A stretch of 64,000 bases of DNA from Pseudomonadota bacterium (GTDB taxonomy: Bacteria; Bdellovibrionota_C; UBA2361; OMII01), in NCBI GenBank assembly GCA_038134595.1, contig JAYPVM010000010.1, forward strand, positions 1-64,000. The letters are read 5' to 3'. Below, in pieces: positions 46,579 through 56,575 of the stretch; position 1 is the stretch's first letter; every line of letters starts with the position of its first letter. The notes under the pieces were generated by a model. It worked only from the letters and a program-made list of their open reading frames with translations. It made no database searches and was not told the DNA's origin. Made by a program: the position numbers and the translations under genes.

Positions 46579-47829
46579 CTACAGCAAATGTCCCAATTTC
46601 TCTCGCTTCGTATCTAAATACTCTCTATTGCAGGGATCCGAAGGAACTATCATCGGGATTCGGTCACTAACTTCAATACCGTTTTCCTCCAAGGAGCGAC
46701 TCTTGTTTGGATTATTAGTAATCAATCGAACCTTGGAAACTTTGAGAAGCTGTAACATGTGCGCCGCAACCGCAAAATCTCTCTCATCTGCTTGAAATCC
46801 GAGCTCAATATTCGCTTCGACGGTATCTCTTCCCTGATCTTGAAGTGCATAGGCCCGTAACTTATTCTCTAATCCAATCCCCCTTCCTTCCTGGCGCAAA
46901 TACAAAAGTACCCCCGTGCCTTCCTCTTGAATAATGTGCATTGCACCATCTAATTGGGGACCACAATCGCAGCGACGACTACCAAATACATCCCCCGTCA
47001 AACACTCTGAATGGATACGAACTGGAGGAACATACGATGCGGGCAGTTCTCTTATATTTCCCCGTACCAATGCAAAATGCTCTTTATTTCCAGCATCATC
47101 TGCAAAAACATGCATTACAAACTCTCCATAATCAGTCTTTACATCCTCTACCGAGCGCAACCGAACCGATGTCTCATTTCGATTTCGATAGTCGATAATC
47201 GACTGAATGGAAGTTATCGGCAGATCATGCTTTTTGGCAAAATCTTTCAATTGATTCCCACGGGCCATAGTACCGTCGACATTGAGCACCTCACACAGAA
47301 CACCCGAAGGCTCTAACCCAGCTAATCTTGCCAAATCCAGCGCACCTTCGGTATGCCCCCGACGACCCAAAACACCCGCGTCGTTTGCAATTAAAGGAAA
47401 AACATATCCCGGTACAACTAGGTCTTCGGCCTGAGCATCCTCTGAAATCATCCTGCGAATGGTCTCTGAACGAGCCGTAGCAGTAACGCCCCGATCAACC
47501 ACATCTCGATGGTCGACACTGACAGCAAATGGGGTTTGAAACGGAGAATTATTGGTAGATACTTGATATGGCAAATTAAGGCGTCGTGCCGCATCAGTAG
47601 AAATCGCAACGCATATCAGCCCCCTAGCCTCCCGCATCATAAAGGCAATAATCTCAGGAGTGGCAAACTGAGCCGCGACAATGACATCACCCTCATTCTC
47701 TCGATCGGAGTCATCTATCACCACCACAGGGCGCCCTTCAGCAACAGACTCCAAGATCCTCTCAAAGGGATCTTCAACAAGGGCTGAAGAGGTATCGGCT
47801 TCCGTGCTACTCATCATCTCTTGCATCAA
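46579..47829 (-). CDS. ribBA: Bifunctional DHBP synthase / GTP cyclohydrolase II
   Basis: DDSDRENEGD, RRGHTEG, VRIHSECLTGDVFGSRRCDCG, RQEGRGIGL, LITNNP. Confidence 0.97.
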   Translation of the reverse strand: MMQEMMSSTEADTSSALVEDPFERILESVAEGRPVVVIDDSDRENEGDVIVAAQFATPEIIAFMMREARGLICVAISTDAARRLNLPYQVSTNNSPFQTPFAVSVDHRDVVDRGVTATARSETIRRMISEDAQAEDLVVPGYVFPLIANDAGVLGRRGHTEGALDLARLAGLEPSGVLCEVLNVDGTMARGNQLKDFAKKHDLPITSIQSIIDYRNRNETSVRLRSVEDVKTDYGEFVMHVFADDAGNKEHFALVRGNIRELPASYVPPVRIHSECLTGDVFGSRRCDCGPQLDGAMHIIQEEGTGVLLYLRQEGRGIGLENKLRAYALQDQGRDTVEANIELGFQADERDFAVAAHMLQLLKVSKVRLITNNPNKSRSLEENGIEVSDRIPMIVPSDPCNREYLDTKREKLGHLL

Positions 47830-47831
47830 TG

Positions 47832-48305
47832 TTATTTAGCCGGAGTGTCAGCCTCTGAATCATTTCCACCCAAACTCTCAAGGGTATCAACAAACTGACT
47901 TACATCAGAAAACTCTCGATAGACTGAAGCAAATCGGACATACGCTATCTTATCCATATTGCGCAACTCATCCATCACAAGCTCACCGATATACTGACTC
48001 TCCACCTCTTTTTGAAATAATTCATGAAGCTTCTTCTCCATCCGTTCAACAGCAACATCAATCGATTGCATGCTTACCGGACGCTTCTCACAAGCCCTTC
48101 TCAAGCCATTGCGTATCTTTTCTCTATCAAAGGGCTCCCGAGCACCGTCTTTCTTCACAATTACTGGGAGAGCGTACTCGATCCGCTCATATGTAGTAAA
48201 ACGCACCCCGCAGACATTGCATTCTCGACGGCGGCGGATAGCTCCCGCATCACTTCGAGAATCCGTTACTGACGTATCACCTGAGCTACACTTTGGACAC
48301 AACAT
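47832..48305 (-). CDS. nrdR: Transcriptional repressor NrdR
   Basis: MLCPKC...DSR...[21 protein letters not shown] cone, [12 protein letters not shown]. Confidence 0.98.
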   Translation of the reverse strand: MLCPKCSSGDTSVTDSRSDAGAIRRRRECNVCGVRFTTYERIEYALPVIVKKDGAREPFDREKIRNGLRRACEKRPVSMQSIDVAVERMEKKLHELFQKEVESQYIGELVMDELRNMDKIAYVRFASVYREFSDVSQFVDTLESLGGNDSEADTPAK

Positions 48306-48310
48306 AGATG

Positions 48311-49588
48311 CTACGCGACGAGTCGATGTTTATATAAAGGGAAATTTTTACTAAGCGACTCAACTTCGCTTCGAATCGTATTGAGCTCTGATTCGGAATC
48401 TCTTGCTTGTATCGCCCTTACTATCAATCCAGCTATTTCCTTCATCTCAGCCTCACCCATACCACGAGTAGTTAATGCTGGAGTTCCAAGACGAATACCA
48501 CTACAAACAGTCGGCGGCTGTGGATCGAAGGGAATAGTATTTTTATTTCCCGTGATTCCAACGGAATCAAGAACGTGCTCTGCGACCTTGCCGGATACTT
48601 CTATCGGCCGAAGGTCTACAAGTAGCAAATGACTATCCGTACCACCCGAGACAATCTCCAATCCCTGCGAAATTAATTCACTCGATAATGCCCGAGCATT
48701 TACTACAACTTGGTGTGCGTACTGCTTAAATGATTCCGTTGCTGCCTCACGAAGCATAACCGCTTTGGCAGCTATCGTGTGCATATGCGGTCCCCCTTGA
48801 AGTCCAGGAAACACAGCCTTGTTAATTGCTTTTCGGTGTTGCTCGCGGCCTAAAATCATCCCGGAACGAGGTCCTCGTAATGTTTTATGCGTCGTTGTTG
48901 TGACAATATCTGCATATGGAACGGGCGATGGATAGGAACCGCCAGCTATCAAACCTGCGTAATGAGCCACATCCGCCATGAATATAGCACCTATCTCATC
49001 CGCCACTTCCCGAAATAGCTTCCAATCTATAGTACGCGAATACGCTGAAGCCCCCGCGATGATAAGCTTTGGCCTGTGCTCTAATGCTAAGGCACGAACC
49101 TGCTCTGGATCAATTAAACTATCAACATCGCGCACTCCATATCCCACAACATTGTAGTGCTTCCCTGTAAAGTTCACCGGACTTCCGTGTGAGAGATGTC
49201 CCCCGTGGTCTAGACGAAGCCCCATAAACGTATCACCCGGCTTTAAAAAAGCCTCAAATACGGCTTGATTAGCCTGTACGCCTGAATGGGGCTGCACGTT
49301 AGCAAATTCCGCTCCAAATACCTGGCACGCCCGAGCACTTGCAATCTCCTCCACTTCATCCACTACATGACAACCTCCATAGTAGCGTCGCCGAGGTTGT
49401 CCTTCGGCATACTTATTCGTAAGCACAGATCCCATCGCTTCCAAGACTGCCTCGCTTACAAAATTCTCACTTGGAATCATCTCCAAACCGAATTCCTGCC
49501 GTGAAGTTTCATTTTGAATGAGTGCGTAGATTTCAGGATCAACTTCAAGTAAATCTCTCGTTCGCTCTTCATATCCGGGTGTTGTCAT
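48311..49588 (-). CDS. glyA: Serine hydroxymethyltransferase
   Basis: [43 protein letters not shown] 49588 preceded by GAGAGGA. Confidence 0.98.
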   Translation of the reverse strand: MTTPGYEERTRDLLEVDPEIYALIQNETSRQEFGLEMIPSENFVSEAVLEAMGSVLTNKYAEGQPRRRYYGGCHVVDEVEEIASARACQVFGAEFANVQPHSGVQANQAVFEAFLKPGDTFMGLRLDHGGHLSHGSPVNFTGKHYNVVGYGVRDVDSLIDPEQVRALALEHRPKLIIAGASAYSRTIDWKLFREVADEIGAIFMADVAHYAGLIAGGSYPSPVPYADIVTTTTHKTLRGPRSGMILGREQHRKAINKAVFPGLQGGPHMHTIAAKAVMLREAATESFKQYAHQVVVNARALSSELISQGLEIVSGGTDSHLLLVDLRPIEVSGKVAEHVLDSVGITGNKNTIPFDPQPPTVCSGIRLGTPALTTRGMGEAEMKEIAGLIVRAIQARDSESELNTIRSEVESLSKNFPLYKHRLVA

Positions 49589-49672
49589 ATCTTTTCCTCT
49601 CGCCACCTAAATAAACTCTTCCAGCACCGTATCCCTTTAATCGCTTTTCAAAAAGAATAATCTATCTTGAGC

Positions 49673-49701
49673 AAATAAAAAAGGACCCCTAAAGGTCCTT
49701 T
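49673..49701 (-). terminator. Rho-independent terminator after acpP
   Basis: Minus strand AAAGGACC-TTTAGG-GGTCCTTT followed by TTTATTT. Confidence 0.75.
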
Positions 49702-49750
49702 AAGCATAGCAGATCCTCTCACTAGCCGTGAGAGAATTAATCTACAAATG

Positions 49751-49996
49751 TTATGCTTTCTTTGACTGAATGTATTTCGTTACATCCTCTACAGTCTGGA
49801 TCTTCTCAGCATCCTCGTCTGGAATCTCCATATCATACTCCTCTTCGAGGGCCATGATAAGTTCAACGATGTCTAGAGAATCTGCGCCCAAATCCTCAAT
49901 AAATGAAGCCTGAGGAGTAACTTCCTCCAAGCTGACACCCAGCTGCTCTACAATAATCGATTTAACTCGCTCTGATATCTCCTCAGGTGTTGCCAT
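49751..49996 (-). CDS. acpP: Acyl carrier protein
   Basis: [19 protein letters not shown] phosphopantetheine motif. Confidence 0.98.
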   Translation of the reverse strand: MATPEEISERVKSIIVEQLGVSLEEVTPQASFIEDLGADSLDIVELIMALEEEYDMEIPDEDAEKIQTVEDVTKYIQSKKA

Positions 49997-50612
49997 GAAG
50001 CTCACGTCTCCTAAACGTTAATTAAATTTACAATAAAAAGCTCGATCACGGGCACACTGCACCCTATCAACCAGATAGCCTTTGCACTTCTGCAAAGCTA
50101 GGCAAACGCATCACTTAAAGCTGTCTCTGCAAATCCCACTTTCTCAATGTATCTACAGTTTAAACAGCGATGCCCGCGTTACCTCGAGCAAAATACAACC
50201 CCCAGATCTAATTAGACAATGCATAAATAGTCAAGAGGTTCTACGACAACTTTACTGCAAAAAGAGCGCTTTTCTCCCTCGAGCATCCAAAAATTTCTAT
50301 ATTTCAGGGTGTTATATACTCCCAGTATCACAGAAAAACGCACCACATATTCAGAATTTTCGCACAATAACAGCTGAGTATTGGCGGAAAAATAAGTACT
50401 TAATTTTTTAATGACAATGGTGGAGAGACATCATGCATAAAGCTCCCAACCACAAACCGAATAGTGGCAATCGCAAGGCAGGTATTAGACTCACCTTGAT
50501 AAAACTTCTTCTCGTATTGAAGGCTTTTTCAAATTCCCTTACTGCCGATCCTCTTCGAAGTGAATATCTCTGATCTTTTTTGAGGGCAAACGGACACAAT
50601 CTCATGAGAGAT

Positions 50613-51359
50613 TTACATATACATGCCACCGTTTATTCCGATGACTTGACCGGTGATATATGCCGCTTGTTCTGACGCAAGAAAACTCACGAGACTAGCC
50701 ACTTCATCTGCTTGTCCATAACGACCTAGCGGTATTGCCTTCATGTGCTCCTCACGGAGCTTTTCATCAAGCGCTGATGTCATATCGGTCTCAATAAATC
50801 CCGGAGTGACGGCATTTACCGTCACACCTCGGCTTGCAAGCTCTTTGGCCAAAGCTTTAGTCATTCCTAGCAAACCTGCCTTTGAGGATACGTAGGGAAC
50901 TTGCCCCGCATTACCCATTTCACCAACAACGGAAGAAATATTTACAATACGACCCTTCTTAGCCTTAAGCATCAATCTGGCCGCTGCTCTCGAGCAGAAA
51001 AAGGCTCCATTCAAATTTACATCCAACGTTGCCAACCACTCCTCATCTTTCATGCGAAGCACAAGACCATCTCTTGATATTCCAGCATTGTTAACAAGAA
51101 TATCGAGTCGCCCATGTCGTGACTTAATGCCATCAAATGCATCCTCTACAGCTTGACTGTCCTGCACAGAAAACTTCACGACCTCTCCATCAGATCCGAC
51201 TTCTCGAATTTGATTGAGCGTCTCCTGAGCGGCCTCAGGAGAAGAAGAATAATTGACCAACACATATGAACCATGTCGAGCCAGGTCGACAGCAATAGCT
51301 CGTCCAATTCCCCGAGAAGCCCCCGTTACTAATGCGATGCTCTTACTTTGTTCTTCCAT
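50613..51359 (-). CDS. fabG: 3-oxoacyl-ACP reductase
   Basis: VTGASRGIG, NNAGISRD, YVSSK, PGFIETDMT, INGGMYM. Confidence 0.97.
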   Translation of the reverse strand: MEEQSKSIALVTGASRGIGRAIAVDLARHGSYVLVNYSSSPEAAQETLNQIREVGSDGEVVKFSVQDSQAVEDAFDGIKSRHGRLDILVNNAGISRDGLVLRMKDEEWLATLDVNLNGAFFCSRAAARLMLKAKKGRIVNISSVVGEMGNAGQVPYVSSKAGLLGMTKALAKELASRGVTVNAVTPGFIETDMTSALDEKLREEHMKAIPLGRYGQADEVASLVSFLASEQAAYITGQVIGINGGMYM

Positions 51360-52515
51360 TTCCCTCTCCCGTTAACCGTTGCTCTCTGTTCACCATCTTC
51401 GTTTGGTTTGATTTCTTGTCGAGTGCTCCTGCCACCCCATTGGAGCCTCCCATATCCACAGAACTGATCTTAGTATCCAGGACACTTAGCGAAGTGCGAA
51501 GACTATCAAGCACACGTTGCTCAATAAAATGATGCGCAACCTTGATCCCGTTCATCACGGCTCTCTCCTTCGATGAACCGTGGCACTTAATTGCGACCTC
51601 TCCTAACCCCAACAATGGAGCTCCTCCGTAGGCACTCGGGTCAAGCTTGTTTCGCAACACACCCTTTAACGAAGTTCGTGCTAACCACATGCCCAGCTTG
51701 CCTCGAATACTGCTCGAAGCGACCTCCTTTAAAGAATCGACAACTAATCCGACACAGCCCTCAACCGCTTTAAGAACGATATTTCCAACAAACCCATCGC
51801 ATACAACAACGTCAACAACATCTTGAGCGATATCTCTTCCCTCGACATATCCGATAAAGTTTATATCTTCCAACTCGCCGAGCATCATCGCCGCCGAACG
51901 AATCACATCTGTTCCCTTAGCGAGTTCGGTGCCGTTTGAGAGAAGCGCTACTCTCGGCTTCTCACAGCCTAGGGCCGAAACTGCATAGTGATGTCCCATC
52001 AAGGCAAATTGAACAAGCTGGTATGCATGGCATCCAATATTAGCGCCCGCATCAAGCAGTATCGTTGGAATAGTGGAATTTCCTTTGGGGATAATCGACG
52101 CAATTGCTGGACGAGCTATCCCAGGCAACGTGCCCGCAACAAACACACCAGCTGCCATCAATGCGCCTGTATTACCCAGACTGACAACTGCACTTGCCTT
52201 CTGCTGCTTGACCAGGTCGAATGCAATCCTCACCGATGAGTCCTGCTTACCTCGTATGGCAAGGCCGGGCGACTCCTCCATACCAACCACTTGCGAGGCG
52301 TGGTACACTTCGATAGGAAGTGAATCTCTATCTGAAAAACGATCGAGGTGTGTATTTATCTCGTCTTTGGCTCCTACAAGAATCGACGAGATTCCAAATT
52401 CACGTGCCGCGCACACAGCGCCTTCAACAACCACTTGAGGGCCATGATCTCCCCCCATGACATCGACTGCTATGGGTAGGGAATCTCCCTGTCTAGTTGA
52501 ATCTGAAGAATTCAC
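51343..52515 (-). CDS. plsX: Phosphate acyltransferase PlsX
   Basis: IAVDVMGGDHGP, GNTGALM, PGIARPAI, LDAGAN, VCDGFVGN, YGGAPLLG. Confidence 0.97.
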   Translation of the reverse strand: MNSSDSTRQGDSLPIAVDVMGGDHGPQVVVEGAVCAAREFGISSILVGAKDEINTHLDRFSDRDSLPIEVYHASQVVGMEESPGLAIRGKQDSSVRIAFDLVKQQKASAVVSLGNTGALMAAGVFVAGTLPGIARPAIASIIPKGNSTIPTILLDAGANIGCHAYQLVQFALMGHHYAVSALGCEKPRVALLSNGTELAKGTDVIRSAAMMLGELEDINFIGYVEGRDIAQDVVDVVVCDGFVGNIVLKAVEGCVGLVVDSLKEVASSSIRGKLGMWLARTSLKGVLRNKLDPSAYGGAPLLGLGEVAIKCHGSSKERAVMNGIKVAHHFIEQRVLDSLRTSLSVLDTKISSVDMGGSNGVAGALDKKSNQTKMVNREQRLTGEGNGRTK

Positions 52516-52543
52516 GAAAAACCGATTCTCTAACTATGGAACC

Positions 52544-52726
52544 TTACGCAGCTTTACCAGCTGTTATCTCTTTACCCCTGTACGTGCCACAACTTCCACA
52601 CGCTCGGTGAGGGAGTACTGGTTCAGCACATTTCGGACATACTATTGAATGTGAACGTTCTAGAGAGTGATGAGACCTTCTCATGTTTCGCTTTGAACGA
52701 GATGTTCTTTTCTTTGGAACTGCCAT
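52544..52726 (-). CDS. rpmF: 50S ribosomal protein L32
   Basis: MAVPKKRTSRSKRNMRRSH...CPKC...HRACGSCGTY. Confidence 0.98.
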   Translation of the reverse strand: MAVPKKRTSRSKRNMRRSHHSLERSHSIVCPKCAEPVLPHRACGSCGTYRGKEITAGKAA

Positions 52727-52793
52727 AAAAATACCAATATGAAATCAAAAATAACCCCGGAATTCTACCACGGTTCGGTAGTAAAACTCAACT

Positions 52794-54074
52794 CTACCAC
52801 TTATCACTTCCGTGTGTTAACGGATGTAAAACTGGAATAAATGGATGTTTACTCAAAAAATTCCGGATACATAACAGATATGCACCTAAAAACCCAATAA
52901 AAACGCCTACTTCTGTAAGTCCTAAGGGAATGCTATTTGGACTAATCTCCGGCATAATTATCAAATACCTATCCAACCAGACCCCGGTCATAAGAATTAT
53001 GCAAACCGTAGCATACGTAATTCTGTTCTTCTTAACATCCCGGCTAAGTAAAGAGATGAACGGAACTACGAAACACATTGGAAATACTACCCAAGCAAGC
53101 CCCTTCCACGGAAACTCCCGGGTACGAAGAATCAACCACTGCGTCTCCTCCGGCAGGTTACCGTACCACTGTGTCAAGAACTGAGACCAAAACATGTATC
53201 CCCAGAGCATACAGAATCCCAGATTCAACTTACCGAGATCCCAAAACTGCTGTGAGGTTATAAGTGCCCCAAATTCCTTCTTTCGTGAAGAAAAGAACAT
53301 CGTCATCAAAGCCAAGCCAGCCCATCCAATATAAATTTGACTGACAAAAATGAAGGCACCAAAAAGATTGGAGTACCACGTCGGATTTTGTCCCATTATC
53401 ATCTCAAAGGCAAAAAGCGACGTCGTTACCACATAAAAGAAGACAACTACAGGGCCGTTTACCGACATCTTCCGCTGAAGAGGTATTACCTCACGTTCAG
53501 CACCCTTCCATCCTCGCAAAAGATAGTCATGGATTGGGAGCCGCCAGAAACTCTTATTGCCAGAGCGCTCTCGGGCAAGACCCACATCTCCACGCAAAGA
53601 CATACCCACAAAACGAGACATCAATAAATACGTGACAAAGAACAAAATTGCGAAGCGAGTATAAACAAAACCAGGCTGCATCCAGAATTCTCGCCCTGGC
53701 ATCGGCTTTGTTCCCCAGTAAAACAAATACTCACGGCCAAAATAGGTCGTTAAAAAAAGTACAAACGCCACCGGAAAAAATGCGACGTTTGCTTCTGCTA
53801 ATCTTCGAACTGGAGCTCCCCAAGTTGCTCGAACAATTTGCATAATAACCGCAGTCATGACACCTCCAAGTGCCAAGCCTTGAAAGTAAACGACATTAAC
53901 AAAAAACGCTCCCCAGGTCGTAGCGGCATCTCCGAATATCAATCCGTAAGAGAATACGAAAACACCTAAAAACACCATGAGCCATAGTTTTGAATACGTG
54001 GATGCCTTTACCTCTATTGGGCCAGCATCAACCACCTCTTCAATGTTAACTGGAAGTATATGTACGTGTGACAT
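52794..54074 (-). CDS. actF: Alternative complex III membrane subunit ActF
   Basis: NrfD-like polytopic protein; WYSNLFG, DLGKL, WGYMFWSQFLTQWYGNLPEET. Confidence 0.88.
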   Translation of the reverse strand: MSHVHILPVNIEEVVDAGPIEVKASTYSKLWLMVFLGVFVFSYGLIFGDAATTWGAFFVNVVYFQGLALGGVMTAVIMQIVRATWGAPVRRLAEANVAFFPVAFVLFLTTYFGREYLFYWGTKPMPGREFWMQPGFVYTRFAILFFVTYLLMSRFVGMSLRGDVGLARERSGNKSFWRLPIHDYLLRGWKGAEREVIPLQRKMSVNGPVVVFFYVVTTSLFAFEMIMGQNPTWYSNLFGAFIFVSQIYIGWAGLALMTMFFSSRKKEFGALITSQQFWDLGKLNLGFCMLWGYMFWSQFLTQWYGNLPEETQWLILRTREFPWKGLAWVVFPMCFVVPFISLLSRDVKKNRITYATVCIILMTGVWLDRYLIIMPEISPNSIPLGLTEVGVFIGFLGAYLLCIRNFLSKHPFIPVLHPLTHGSDKW

Positions 54075-54089
54075 CTCTCTTAACCTTTT

Positions 54090-54602
54090 CTAATTTACAC
54101 CCTGCTGACTTCGGACATAATTCACAATGTCCCAATGCTCTGTTGGAGAAAGCTTCCAACCATGGCCCGGCATTAGCCGAAGGCCGAAATGAATCGTTGC
54201 ATAAATGCTTCCGTCAGTACGAGTTTTATACATCTCGTGAGTCAAATCTGGCGGCGTTTGAAGAGCCTTTGCACCCACGTTTCCTGGAGCGTACGGCTTC
54301 TTACTAATATCTCCGTGACACGGTAAGCAGTTAACTGCGAACAAACGCTTGCCGTTAAGGGTCGATTGCTTGTTGCCCTTGAGAGGATTCTGAAGAGCTT
54401 CAGCGGCCTCCCGATCCTCCACGTAATACTTTGACATTCCAATCGCAACGGTGCCTGGAGCTTTTTGTCTCATAATTACTCCAGTGCGCTTCTGAACTGC
54501 CACCATATCATCGTTAAACGGAAGAGCTTGCAAGTTTTCAAGCCCCGTCATCAACACCACTGCGAAACTCAACGTACCTAATACATATCGAGTAACTCTC
54601 AT
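54090..54602 (-). CDS. actE: Alternative complex III monoheme cytochrome c ActE
   Basis: DDM, PGTV, NP...GKRLFAVNCLPCHG, DGSIYATI...MP...WDIVNYVRS. Confidence 0.85.
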   Translation of the reverse strand: MRVTRYVLGTLSFAVVLMTGLENLQALPFNDDMVAVQKRTGVIMRQKAPGTVAIGMSKYYVEDREAAEALQNPLKGNKQSTLNGKRLFAVNCLPCHGDISKKPYAPGNVGAKALQTPPDLTHEMYKTRTDGSIYATIHFGLRLMPGHGWKLSPTEHWDIVNYVRSQQGVN

Positions 54603-54626
54603 GAGCCCCTCACCCCTTATTTCTTT

Positions 54627-55145
54627 TTACAAACTATCCTGAATATCAACCTCATCCGCACCTGAATCCGAGAGCTGTTGCTTCACCGCGTCAACTTGAC
54701 TTCCCATACAAGCAACAACAACACCGAATTTATCATGCGAAAACCTCGGATCGTACCCTGCGGCTCTTACCACCGTTGGAATGCGGCAAAATATGAGGAT
54801 AGCCAGCAGTGTTCCAAGCCCACCGAACAAAATCGTCCACTCATAACCAGGCACAAAAAATGCGGGTATTGATGCGATGTTTTTTGCACTTGTGCGCATC
54901 GGCCAATCCAACGAGCACATAATCGCCAACGTAAATCCACACATACACCCAGTCATAGCGGCAATGAGGGAGACGGTGCGTACTGGACTCTTTTCCGGAT
55001 ACGTAACCTCTTCAATCTCGTGACGAGGTACCGGCGAATACATCCGGTAATCCAAATTTGATTCCTTCACCTTTTTCACAGCTTCCAAGGCATCATCTAA
55101 ATAGGTGAATATGCCTACAACTGCTCTACTTGATGACTCAACCAT
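54627..55145 (-). CDS. actD: Alternative complex III subunit ActD (DUF3341)
   Basis: YSPVPRH, two TMs, DWP, PAFFVPGYEWTILFG, YDPRFSHDKFG. Confidence 0.9.
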   Translation of the reverse strand: MVESSSRAVVGIFTYLDDALEAVKKVKESNLDYRMYSPVPRHEIEEVTYPEKSPVRTVSLIAAMTGCMCGFTLAIMCSLDWPMRTSAKNIASIPAFFVPGYEWTILFGGLGTLLAILIFCRIPTVVRAAGYDPRFSHDKFGVVVACMGSQVDAVKQQLSDSGADEVDIQDSL

Positions 55146-55165
55146 AGCAACGACCTCTTTAACTC

Positions 55166-56557
55166 CTAATGACTATTAACTGCAGATACCTGCCCATGAT
55201 CGTGTTTGGCACGACGCATCGGCGGCGGCAATATCTCCTTGATCTCGGTAATCGCAACTGACGGAAAGAATTTGATAAACAACGTCATCCACATACCGAA
55301 CCACCCGAAGGCGCCAACCGTAATCCCAACCTCTACCCATGAGAAATTGTATCCGCCCCACGCGGCAGGGATAAACTCTCGTGTAAGAGACTGGAAGATA
55401 ATATTGAATCGCTCCAACCACATACCAATATTGATGATGATAGAAAGGACAAACAGAAAGGCAATATTGGTTCTCAAAGACTTAATCCACAGAAGCTGTG
55501 GAGCTATACAGTTACAAAAAGTCATCCCCCAAAATGGCAACCAATACTCACCAAATGGCCGAAACCAGAACTGAAACCTCTCGAATGGATTGTTACTAAA
55601 CCAAGCTGTATAAAACTCGGTAATATACGAATATGAGACGACCCCGGAAGTCAGTAAGATTAACTTACTCATCGCATCAAAATGCACCGGCGTAATTAGT
55701 CGATGAAGATTAAATGCTTTTCGCAGTGGGATTGCCAAGGTAATGACCATTGCTACTCCCGAAAATATCGCACCTGCAACAAAGTATGGCGGAAATATCG
55801 TTGCATGCCATCCGGGAACGATACTCATGGCAAAGTCCCACGATACGACCGAGTGAACCGAAACCACAAGCGGCGTAGCAAGCGCTGCAAAAATCAGGTA
55901 CGCGGCTTGGTAATGCTTCCACTGCGTGTGGCTACCGCGCCACCCCAAACAAGTTACACCGTATAGAGCCTTTCGAAATTTCGTTGTCGCTCTATCTCGT
56001 GCCGCCGCGATATCTGGAATCAAACCAACAAAAAAGAAAGTAGCCGAGATGGTAAAGTATGTAGATACAGCAAATACATCCCAGAGAAGTGGCGACCTAA
56101 AGTTTGGCCATAAGGCTCGCTCATTCGGATACGGTATAAGCCAAAGAGCATACCAAGGCCGGCCAACGTGAATCACTGGAAACAAGCCCGCCGTCATAAC
56201 AGCAAATACCGTCATAGCCTCAGCGAGCCGATAAATCGGCTGCCGAAATGCGGCTCTAAAAAGATACAGCACCGCTGAAATCAACGTGCCAGAGTGCGCG
56301 ATACCAACCCAGAATACAAAGTTTGTGATATACGTTCCCCAACCGATAGGAATACTGTTTCCTGATTCACCGTAACCACTCCACATCTGGTAGAACCAAC
56401 TTGAGGCACCAATAACCAAGAAAAATATGCACGTAAAGAGAAGCAGGAACCATCCCGTTCCAGGAGGCTCTAGCATCTTCAAAACCGTATCATTTACCTC
56501 GGCATATGTTACCGGAGCTTCACTTTCTGATTCATGTTCATTATGGATGTGTTTCAT
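55166..56557 (-). CDS. actC: Alternative complex III quinol-oxidising subunit ActC (NrfD/PsrC family)
   Basis: ITNFVFWVGIAHSGTLISAVL, AEAMTVFA, HVGRPW, NFRSPLLWDVFAVSTY, SVHSVVSWDFA, GWHATIFPPYFVAGAIFSG. Confidence 0.95.
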   Translation of the reverse strand: MKHIHNEHESESEAPVTYAEVNDTVLKMLEPPGTGWFLLLFTCIFFLVIGASSWFYQMWSGYGESGNSIPIGWGTYITNFVFWVGIAHSGTLISAVLYLFRAAFRQPIYRLAEAMTVFAVMTAGLFPVIHVGRPWYALWLIPYPNERALWPNFRSPLLWDVFAVSTYFTISATFFFVGLIPDIAAARDRATTKFRKALYGVTCLGWRGSHTQWKHYQAAYLIFAALATPLVVSVHSVVSWDFAMSIVPGWHATIFPPYFVAGAIFSGVAMVITLAIPLRKAFNLHRLITPVHFDAMSKLILLTSGVVSYSYITEFYTAWFSNNPFERFQFWFRPFGEYWLPFWGMTFCNCIAPQLLWIKSLRTNIAFLFVLSIIINIGMWLERFNIIFQSLTREFIPAAWGGYNFSWVEVGITVGAFGWFGMWMTLFIKFFPSVAITEIKEILPPPMRRAKHDHGQVSAVNSH

Positions 56558-56575
56558 AACGTCGATCTCTTCGAA

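Noticed and set aside
50082..50629. Short ORFs (109 aa +, 73 aa -) in the fabG-acpP gap
   Set aside because: No RBS or motif recognised; more likely the acpP promoter region.
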